Assembly (NCBI RefSeq): GCF_964355755.1
Contig: NC_092677.1
Coordinates: 26,213,175 to 26,277,174 of the forward strand
Reading direction: 5' to 3'
DNA from: Antedon mediterranea
Lineage: Eukaryota; Animalia; Echinodermata
Length of the DNA stretch: 64,000 nt
The stretch's first letter is position 1, and every line of letters starts with the position of its first letter. A program made the translations under genes and the position numbers. Below are positions 49,101-61,100 of this stretch, one piece after another. The notes under the pieces were generated by a model, which worked only from the letters and a program-made list of their open reading frames with translations, ran no database searches and was not told where the DNA came from.

Positions 49101-52100
49101 TCTGAGCATGTGCAAATGTATATAAAAGCACTCAGATAATTTACAGAGGGCAGTATAATGATATAAGCAGTGAGTTAGGTAGATAATAATTCAGCTCTCC
49201 TTAATTGCCTAAGTCACACAGCTGACTTACGCAGAAACACACAAAAACGATCTGAGCATGTGCAAATATATATAAAAGCACTCAGATAATATACAGAGGG
49301 CAGTATAATGATATAAGCAGTGAGTTAGGCAGATGATAAGTCAGCTCTCCTTAATTGCCTAAGTCACACAGCTGACTTACACAGAAACACAAAAAAACGA
49401 TCTGAGCATGTGCAAATATATATAAAAGCACTCAGATAATATACAGAGGGCCGTATAATGATATAAGCAGTGAGTTAGGCAGATCGTAAGTCAGCTCTCC
49501 TTAATTGCCTAAGTCACACAGCTGACTTACGCAGAAACACAAAAATGATCTGAGCATGTGCAAATATATATAAAAGCACTCAGATAATGTACAGAGGGCA
49601 GTATAATGATATAAGCAGTGAGTAAGGCAGATCATAAGTCAGCTCTCCTTAATTGCCTAAGTCACACAGCTGACTTAAGCAGAAACACAAAAAATATAGT
49701 ATATTGATATAAGCAGTGAGTTAGGCAGATCATAAGTCAGCTCTCTTTAATTGCCTAAGTCACACAGCTGACTTGGCAGAAACACAAAAAATATAGTATA
49801 TTTTTATAAGCAGTGAGTTAGGCAGAAAAACAAAAACAAATTATGTCTTAGACACTTTTGTTATGAGGCTGTCGATATCATCTATATATAAAAAATGCTA
49901 CCTTTAAATAACAAAATTTGATAGCATCAGCTCTTCAGAATAAAATTAACACTGATAAATTTAGAAAAGGAAAGTAGCAATAAAAGAGAAAGAATTTTTA
50001 ACAAATGGGTTAAAAACACACCATAAAAATGTATTTCTTATTTTATTAAACAGCTGACTTAGGCAGAAACACAAAAAATATAGTATATTGATATAAGCAG
50101 AGAGTTATGCAGATCATAAGTCAGCTCTCCTTAATTGCCTAAGTCACAAAGCTGACTTAGGCAGAAACACACAAAATATAGTATATTGATATAAGCAGTC
50201 GGTTAGGCAGATCATAAGTCAGCTCTCCTTAATTGCCTAAGTCACACAGCTGACTTGGGCCGAAACACAAAAAATGTAGTATATTGGTATAAGCAGTGAG
50301 TTAGGCAGAAAAAAAATTATAACTTAGACACTTTTGTTATGAGGCTGTCGATATCATATATATACAAAAAATGCTACCTTTAAGTAACAAAATTTAATAG
50401 CATCAGCTCTTCAGATTAAAATTAAAACTGATGGTTTAAAAAAAAAGAAAGTAGCAATAAAAGCGAAAGAATTTGTAACAAATAGGTTAAAAAATATACT
50501 ATAAAAATGTATTTCTTATTTTATTTTAAAAATCATCAGTATTGCCTAAGTCACACAGCTGACTTACGCAGAAACACACAAAAACGATCTGAGCATGTGC
50601 AAATATATATAAAAGCACTCAGATAATATACAGAGGGCAGTATAATGATATAAGCAGTGAGTTAGGCAGATGATAAGTCAGCTCTCCTTAATTGCCTAAG
50701 TCACACAGCTGACTTACGCAGAAACACAAAAAAAACGATCTGAGCATGTGCAAATATATATAAAAGCACTCAGATAATATACAGAGGGCAGTATAATGAT
50801 ATAAGCAGTGAGTTAGGCAGATCGTAAGTCAGCTCTCCTTAATTGCCTAAGTCACATAGCTGACTTACGCAGAAACACAAAAAACGATCTGAGCATGTGC
50901 AAATATATATAAAAGCACTCAGATAATATACAGAGGGCAGTATAATGATATAAGCAGTGAGTTAGGCAGATCATAAGTCAGCTCTCCTTAATTGCCTAAG
51001 TCACACAGCTGACTTACGCAGAAACACAAAAAAACGATCTGAGCATGTGCAAATATATATAAAAGCACTCAGATAATATACAGAGGGCAGTATAATGATA
51101 TAAGCAGTGAGTTAGGCAGATCATAAGTCATGTCTCCTTAATTGCCTAAGTCACACAGCTGACTTAGGCAGAAACACAAACATTATAGTATATTGATATA
51201 AGCAGTGAGTTAGGCAGAAAAACAAAACACAAATTATGACTTAAATACTTTTGTTATGAGGCTGTCGATATCATCTATATAAAAAAATGCTACCTTTAAA
51301 TAACAAAATTGAATAGCATTAGGTTTTCAGATTAAAATTAACACTGATGGTTTTAGAAAAGGAAAGTAGCAATAAAAGCGAAAGAATTTGTAACAAATGG
51401 GTTAAAAAATATACTATAAAAATTTATTTCTTATTTTATTTAAAAAATCATCAGTCTCCTCTCCTTAATTGCCTAAGTCACACAGCTGACTTAGGCAGAA
51501 ACACAAAAAACGATCTGAGCATGAGCAAATGTATATAAAAGCACTCAGATAATGTACAGAGGGCAGTATAATGATATAAGCAGTGAGTTAGGCAGATCGT
51601 AAGTCAGCTCTCCTTAATTGCCTAAGTCACATAGCTGACTTACGCAGAAACACAAAAAACGATCTGAGCATGTGCAAATATATATAAAAGCACTCAGATA
51701 ATATACAGAGGGCAGTATAATGATATAAGCAGTGAGTTAGGCAGATCATAAGTCAGCTCTCCTTAATTGCCTAAGTCACACAGCTGACTTACGCAGAAAC
51801 ACAAAAAAACGATCTGAGCATGTGCAAATATATATAAAAGCACTCAGATAATATACAGAGGGCAGTATAATGATATAAGCAGTGAGTTAGGCAGATCATA
51901 AGTCAGGTCTCCTTAATTGCCTAAGTCACACAGCTGACTTAGGCAGAAACACAAACATTATAGTATATTGATATAAGCAGTGAGTTAGGCAGAAAAACAA
52001 AACACAAATTATGACTTAAATACTTTTGTTATGAGGCTGTCGATATCATCTATATAAAAAAATGCTACCTTTAAGTAACAAAATTGAATAGCATTAGCTT

Positions 52101-55100
52101 ATCAGATTAAAATTAACACTGATGGTTTTAGAAAAGGAAAGTAGCAATAAAAGCGAAAGAATTTGTAACAAATGGGTTAAAAAATATACTATAAAAATTT
52201 ATTTCTTATTTTATTTAAAAAATCATCAGTCTCCTCTCCTTAATTGCCTAAGTCACACAGCTGACTTAGGCAGAAACACAAAAAATGATCTGAGCATGAG
52301 CAAATGTATATAAAAGCACTCAGATAATGTACAGAAGGCAGTATAATGATATAAGCAGTGTGTTAGGCAGACCATAAGTCAGCTCTCCTTAATTGCCTAA
52401 GTCACACAGCTGACTTAGGCAGAAACACAAAAAAATATAGTATATTGATATAGGCAGTGAGTTAGGTAGAAAATCAAAACACAAATTAGGACTTAGACAC
52501 TTTTGTTATGAGGCTGTCAATATTATCTATATACAAAAAATGCTACATTTAAGTAACAAAATTTAATAGCATTAGCTCTTCAGATTAAAATTAACACTGA
52601 TGGTTTTAGAAAAGGAAAGTAGCAATAAAAGCGTAAGAATTTGTAACAAATGGGTTAAAAAATATACTATAAAAATGTATTTCTTATTTTATTTTAAAAA
52701 TCATCAGTATTGCCTAAGTCACACAGCTGACTTACGCAGAAACACACAAAAACGATCTGAGCATGTACAAATATATATAAAAGCACTCAGATAATATACA
52801 GAGGGCAGTATAATGATATAAGCAGTGAGTTAGGCAGATGATAAGTCAGCTCTCCTTAATTGCCTAAGTCGCACAGCTGACTTACGCAGAAACAAAAAAA
52901 CGATCTGAGCATGTGCAAATATATATAAAAGCACTCAGATAATATACAGAGGGCAGTATAATGATATAAGCAGTGAGTTAGGCAGATCATAAGTCAGCTC
53001 TCCATAATTGCCTAAGTCACATAGCTGAGTTACGCAGAAACACAAAAAAACGATCTGAGCATGTGCAAATATATATAAAAGCACTCATATAATATACAGA
53101 GGGCAGTTTAATGATATAAGCAGTGAGTTAGGCAGATCATAAGTCAGCTCTCCTTAATTGCCTAAGTCACACAGCTGACTTACGCAGAAACACATAAAAA
53201 CGATCTGAGCATGTGCAAATATATATAAAAGCACTCAGATAATATACAGAGGGCAGTATAATGATATAAGCAGTGAGTTAGGCAGATCATAAGTCAGCTC
53301 TCCTTAATTGCCTAAGTCACACAGCTGACTTAGGCAGAAACACAAAAAACGATCTGAGCATGTGCAAATGTATATAAAAGCACTCAGATAATGTACAGAG
53401 GGCAGTATAATGATACAAGCAGTGAGTTAGGCAGATCATAAATCAGCTCTCCTTAATTACCTAAGTCACACAGCTGACTTAGGCAGAAACACAAAAAATA
53501 TAGTATTTTGATATAAGCAGTGAGTTAGGCAGAAAAACAAAACACAAATTGTGACTTAAATACTTTTGTTATGAGGCTGTCGATATCATCTATATAAAAA
53601 AATGCTACCTTTAAGTAACAAAATTGAATAGCATTAGCTTTTCAGATTAAAATTAACACTGATGGTTTTAGAAAAGGAAAGTAGCAATAAAAGCGAAAGA
53701 ATTTGTAACAAATGGGTTAAAAAATATACTATAAAAATTTATTTCTTATTTTATTTAAAAAATCATCAGTCTCCTCTCCTTAATTGCCTAAGTCACACAG
53801 CTGACTTAGGCAGAAACACAAAAAACGATCTAAGCATGAGCAAATGTATATAAAAGCACTCAGATAATGTACAGAGGGCAGTATAATGATATAAGCAGTG
53901 AGTTAGGCAGACCATAAGTCAGCTCTCCTAATTGCCTAAGTCACACAGCTGACTTAGGCAGAAACACAAAAAATATAGTATATTGATATAAGCAGTGAGT
54001 TAGGTAAAAAATCAAAACACAAATTAGGACTTAGACACTTTTGTTATGAGGCTGTCAATATTATCTATATACAAAAAATGCTACATTTAAGTAACAAAAT
54101 TTAATAGCATTAGCTCTTCAGATTAAAATTAACACTGATGGTTTTAGAAAAGGAAAGTAGCAATAAAAGCGAAAGAATTTGTAACAAATGGGTTAAAAAA
54201 TATACTATAAAAATGTATTTCTTATTTTATTTTAAAAATTATCAGTATTGCCTAAGTCACACAGCTGACTTACGCAGAAACACACAAAAACGATCTGAGC
54301 ATTTGCAAATATATATAAAAGCACTCAGATAATATACAGATGGCAGTATAATGATATAAGCAGTGAGTTAGGCAGATGATAAGTCAGCTCTCCTTAATTG
54401 CCTAAGTCACACAGCTGACTTACGCAGAAACAAAAAAACGATCTGAGCATGTGCAAATATATATAAAAGCACTCAAATAATATACAGAGGGCAGTATAAT
54501 GATATAAGCAGTGAGTTAGGCAGATCATAAGTCAGCTCTCCTTAATTGCCTAAGTCACATAGCTGACTTACGCAGAAACACAAAAAAACGATCTGAGCAT
54601 GTGCAAATATATATAAAAGCACTCAGATAATATACAGAGGGCAGTATAATGATATAAGCAGTGAGTTAGGCAGATCATAAGTCAGCTCTCCTTAATTGCC
54701 TAAGTCACACAGCTGACTTACGCAGAAACACAAAAAAACGATCTGAGCATGTGCAAATATATATAAAAGCACTCAGATAATATACAGAGGGCAGTATAAT
54801 GATATAAGCAGTGAGTTAGGCAGATCATAAGTCAGCTCTCCTTAATTGCCTAAGTTACACAGCTGACTTAGGCAGAAACACAAACATTATAGTATATTGA
54901 TATAAGCAGTGAGTTAGGCAGATCATAAGTCAGCTCTCCTTAATTGCCTAAGTCACACAGCTGACTTAGGCAGAAATACAAAAAACGATCTGAGCATGTG
55001 CAAATGTATATAAAAGCACTCAGATAATGTACAGAGGGCAGTATAATGATACAAGCAGTGAGTTAGGCAGATCATAAGTCAGCTCTCCTTAATTGCCTAA

Positions 55101-58100
55101 ATCACACAGCTGACTTAGGCAGAAGCACAAAAAATATAGTATATTGATATAAGCAGTGAGTTAGGTAAAAATCAAAACACAAATTAGGACTTAGACACTT
55201 TTGTTATGAGGCTGTCAATATTATCTATATACAAAAAATGCTACATTTAAGTAACAAAATTTAATAGCATTAGCTCTTCAGATTAAAATTAACACTGATG
55301 GTTTTAGAAAAGGAAAGTAGCAATAAAAGCGAAAGAATTTGTAACAAATGGGTTAAAAAATATACTATAAAAATGTATTTCTCATTTTATTTTAAAAATC
55401 ATCAGTATTGCCTAAGTCACACAGCTGACTTACGCAGAAAAACACAAAAACAATCTGAGCATGTGCAAATATATATAAAAGCACTCAGATAATATACAGA
55501 GGGCAGTATAATGATATAAGCAGTGAGTTAGGCAGATGATAAGTCAGCTCTCCTTAATTGCCTAAGTCACACAGCTGACTTACGCAGAAACAAAAAAACG
55601 ATCTGAGCATGTGCAAATATATATAAAAGCACTCAGATAATATACAGAGGGCAGTATAATGATATAAGCAGTGAGTTAGGCAGATCATAAGTCAGCTCTC
55701 CTTAATTGCCTAAGTCACATAGCTGAGTTACGCAGAAACACAAAAAAACGATCTGAGCATGTGCAAATATATATAAAAGCACTCAGATAATATACAGAGG
55801 GCAGTATAATGATATAAGCAGTGAGTTAGGCAGATCATAAGTCAGCTCTTCTTATTTGCCTAAGTCACACAGCTGACTTAGGCAGAAACACACAAATTAT
55901 AGTATATTGATATAAGCAGTGAATTAGGCAGATCATAAGTCAGCTCTCCTTAATCGCCTAAGTCACACAGCTGACTTAGGCAGAAACACAAAAAATAATA
56001 GTATTTTGATATAAGCAGTGAGTTAGGCAGATCATAAGTCAGCTCTCCTTAATTGCCTAAGTCACACAGCTGATTTGGGCAGAAACACAAAAAATATAGT
56101 ATATTAATATAAGCAGTGAATTATTCAGAAAAAAAAATTATGTCTTAGACACTTTTGTTATGAGGCTGTCGATATCATCTATATACAAAAAAATGCTACC
56201 TTTAAGTAACAAAATTTAATAGCATCAGCTCTTCAGATTAAAATTAACACTGATGAATTTAGAAAAAGAAAGTAGCAATAAAAGCGAAAGAATTTGTAAC
56301 AAATGGGTTAAAAAATATACTATAAAAATGTATTTCTTATTTTATTTTAAAAATCATCAGTATTGCCTAAGTCACACAGCTGACTTACGCAGAAACGCAC
56401 AAAAATAATAGTATATTGATATAAGCAGTGAGTTAGGCAGATCATAAGTCAGCTCTCCTTAATTGCCTAAGTCACACAGCTGATTTGGGCAGAAACACAA
56501 AAAATATAGTATATTAATATAAGCAGTGAGTTAGGCAGAAAAAAAAATTATGTCTTAGACACTTTTGCTTTGAGGCTGTCGATATCATCTATATACAAAA
56601 AATGCTACCTTTAAGTAACAAAATTTAATAGCATCAGCTCTTCAGATTAAAATTAACACTGATGAATTTAGAAAAGGAATTAAGTAGCAATAAAAGAGAA
56701 AGAATTTGTAACTAATGGGTTAAAAAATATACCATAAAAATGTATTTCTTATTTTATTAAAAAAATCATGAGACTCCTCTCCTTTATTGCCTAAGTCACA
56801 CAGCTGACTTAGGCAGAAACACAAAAAACGGTCTGAGCATGTGCAAATGTATATAAAAGCACTCAAATAATATACAGAGGGCAGTATAATGATATAAGCA
56901 GTGAGTTAGGCAGATCATAAGTCAGCTCTCCTTAATTGCCTAAGTCACATAGCTGACTTACGCAGAAACACAAAAAAACGATCTGAGCATGTGCAAATAT
57001 ATATAAAAGCACTCAGATAATATACAGAGGGCAGTATAATGATATAAGCAGTGAGTTAGGCAGATCACAAGTCAGCTCTCTTTAATTGCCTAAGTCACAC
57101 AGCTGACTTACGCAGAAACACAAAAAAACGATCTGAGCATGTGCAAATATATATAAAAGCACTCAGATAATATACAGAGGGCAGTATAATGATATAAGCA
57201 GTGAGTTAGGCAGATCATAAGTCAGCTCTCCTTAATTGCCTAAGTTACACAGCTGACTTAGGCAGAAACACAAACATTATAGTATATTGATATAAGCAGT
57301 GAGTTAGGCAGATCATAAGTCAGCTCTCCTTAATTGCCTAAGTCACACAGCTGACTTAGGCAGAAACACAAAAAAGATCTGAGCATGTGCAAATGTATAT
57401 AAAAGCACTCAGATAATGTACAGAGGGCAGTATAATGATACAAGCAGTGAGTTAGGCAGATCATAAGTCAGCTCTCCTTAATTGCCTAAGTCACACAGCT
57501 GACTTAGGCAGAAACACAAAAAATATAGTATTTTGATATAAGCAGTGAGTTAGGCAGAAAAACAAAACACAAATTATGACTTAAATACTTTTGTTATGAG
57601 GCTGTCGATATCATCTATATAAAAAAATGCTACCTTTAAGTAACAAAATTGAATAGCATTAGCTTTTCAGATTAAAATTAACACTGATGGTTTTAGAAAA
57701 GGAAAGTAGCAATAAAAGCGAAAGAATTTGTAACAAATGGGTTAAAAAATATACTATAAAAATTTATTTCTTATTTTATTTGAAAAATCATCAGTATTGC
57801 CTAAGTCACACAGCTGACTTACGCAGAAACACACAAAAACGATCTGAGCATGTGCAAATATATATAAAAGCACTCAGATAATATACAGAGGGCAGTATAA
57901 TGATATAAGCAGTGAGTTAGGCAGATGATAAGTCAGCTCTCCTTAATTGCCTAAGTCACACAGCTGACTTACGCAGAAACAAAAAAACGATCTGAGCATG
58001 TGCAAATATATATAAAAGCACTCAGATAATATACAGAGGGCAGTATAATGATATAAGCAGTGAGTTAGGCAGATCATAAGTCAGCTCTCCTTAATTGCCT

Positions 58101-61100
58101 AAGTCACATAGCTGAGTTACGCAGAAACACAAAAAAACGATCTGAGCATGTGCAAATATATATAAAAGCACTCAGATAATATACAGAGGGCAGTATAATG
58201 ATATAAGCAGTGAGTTAGGCAGATCATAAGTCAGCTCTCCTTAATTGCCTAAGTCACACAGCTGACTTAGGCAGAAACACAAAAATTATAGTATATTGAT
58301 ATAAGCAGTGAGTTAGGCAGATCATAAGTCAGCTCTCCTTAATTGCCTAAGTCACACAGCTGACTTAGGCAGAAACACAAAAAATAATAGTATATTGATA
58401 TAAGCAGTGAGTTAGGCAGATCATAAGTCAGCTCTCCTTAATTGCCTAAGTCACACAGCTGCTTTGGTCAGAAACACAAAAAATATAGTATATTAATATA
58501 ATCAGTGAGTTATTCAGAAAAAAAAATTATGTCTTAGACACTTTTGTTATGAGGCTGTCGATATCATCTATATACAAAAAAATGCTACCTTTAAGTAACA
58601 AAATTTAATAGCTTCAGCTCTTCAGATTAAAATTAACACTGATGAATTTAGAAAAGGAAAGTAGCAATAAAAGCGAAAGAATTTGTAACAAATGGGTTAA
58701 AAAATATACTATAAAAATGTATTTCTTATTTTATTTTAAAAATCATCAGTATTGCCTAAGTCACACTGCTGACTTACGCAGAAACACACAAAAATAATAG
58801 TATATTGATATAAGCAGTGAGTTAGGCAGATCATAAGTCAGCTCTCCTTAATTGCCTAAGTCACACAGCTGGTTTGGGCAGAAACACAAAAAATATAGTA
58901 TATTAATATATGCAGTGAGTTAGGCAGAAAAAAAAATTATGTCTTAGACACTTTTGCTTTGAGGCTGTCGATATCATCTATATACAAAAAATGCTACCTT
59001 TAAGTAACACAATTTAATAGCATCAGCTCTTCAGATTAAAATTAACACTGATGAATTTAGAAAAGGAATTAAGTAGCAATAAAAGAGAAAGAATTTGTAA
59101 CCAATGGGTTAAAAAATATACCATAAAAATGTATTCATTATTTTATTAAAAAAATCATGAGACTCCTCTCCTTTATTGCCTAAGTCACACAGCTGACTTA
59201 GGCAGAAACACAAAAAACGGTCTGAGCATGTGAAAATGTATATAAAAGCACTCAGATAATTTACAGAGGGCAGTATAATGATATAAGCAGTGAGTTAGGT
59301 AGATCATAATTCAGCTCTCCTTAATTGCCTAAGTCACACAGCTGACTTAGGCAGAAACACAAAAAACGGTCTGAGCTTGTGCAAATGTATATAAAAGCAC
59401 TCAGATAATTTACAGAGGGCAGTATAATGATATAAGCAGTGAGTTAGACAGATCATAAGTCAGCTGTCCTTAAAATTGCCTGAGTCACATAGCTGACTTA
59501 GGCAGAAACACAACAAATATAGTATATTGATATAAGAAGTGAGTTAGGCAGATCATAAGTCCGCTCTCCTTAATTGCCTAAGTCACACAGCTGACTTAGG
59601 CAGAAACACAAAAAATATAGTATATTGATATAAGCAGTGAGTTAGGCAGATCATGAGTCAGCTCTCCTTAATTGCCTAAGTCACACAGCTGACTTGGGCA
59701 GAAACACAAAAAATATAGTATATTGTTATAAGCAGTGAGTTAGGAAGAAAAACAAAAAAAAATTATGTCTTAGGCACTTTTGTTATGAGGCTGTCGATAT
59801 CATCTATATACAAAAAATGCTACCTTTAAATAACAAAATTTAATAGCATCAGCTTTTCAGATTAAAATTAACACTGATGAATTTAGAAAAGGAAAGTAGC
59901 AATAAAAGAGAAAGAATTTGTAACAAATGGGTTAAAAAACACACCATAAAAATGTATTTCTTATTTTATTAAACAGCTGACTTAGGCAGAAACACAAAAA
60001 ATATGGTATATTGATATAAGCAGAGAGTTAGGCAGATCATAAATCATCTCTCTTTAATTGCCTATGTCACACAGCTTGACTTAGGCAGAAACACAAAAAA
60101 TATAGTATATGAGTCGTAAAATATAACATATTATATACAAGCAAAAGTCAACAGCAGATCATAAGTCAGCTCTCCTTAATTGCCTAAGTCACACAGCTGC
60201 CTTAGGCAGAAACACATAAAATAATAGTATATTGATATAAGCAGTGAGTTAGGCAGATCATAAGTCAGCTCTCCTTAATTGCCTAAGTCACACAGCTGAT
60301 TTGGGCAGAAACACAAAAAATATAGTATATTAATATAAGCAGTGAGTTAGTCAGAAAAAAAAATTATGTCTTAGACACTTTTGTTATGAGGCTGTCGATA
60401 TCATCTATATACAAAAAAAATGCTACCTTTAAGTAACAAAGTTTAATAGCATCAGCTCTTCAGATTAAAATTAACACTGATGAATTTAGAAAAGGAAAGT
60501 AGCAATAAAAGCGAATGAATTTATAACAAATGGGTTAAAAAATATACTATAGAAATGTATTTCTTATTTTATTTAAAAAATCCTGAGTCTCCTCTCCCTA
60601 ATTGCCTAAGTCACACAGCTGACTTAGGCAGAAACACAAAAACGATCTGAGCCTGTGCAAATGTATATAAAAGCACTCAGATAATGTACAAAGGGCAGTA
60701 TAATGATAAAAGCAGTGAGTTAGGCAGATCATAAGTCAGCTCTCCTTAATTGCCTAAGTCACAAAGCTGACTTAGGCAGAAACACACAAAATATAGTATA
60801 TTGATATAAGCAGTCGGTTAGGCAGATCATAAGTCAGCTCTCCTTAATTGCCTAAGTCACACAGCTGACTTGGGCCGAAACACAAAAAATGTAGTATATT
60901 GATATAAGCAGTGAGTTAGGCATAACAAAATTATAACTTAGACACTATTGTTATGAGGCTGTCGATATCATATATATACAAAAAAATGCTACCTTTAAGT
61001 AACAAAATTTAATAGCATCAGCTCTTCAGATTAAAATTAACACTGATGGTTTAAAAAAAAAGAAAGTAGCAATAAAAGCGAAAGAAATTGTAACAAATGG

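Noticed and set aside
30445-57881. Recurrent 63-64 aa ORFs MVLEKESSNKSERICNKWVKKY...
   Set aside because: Chance ORFs within module Z; homopolymer indels and stops vary freely among copies, and there is no recognisable domain or splice structure.
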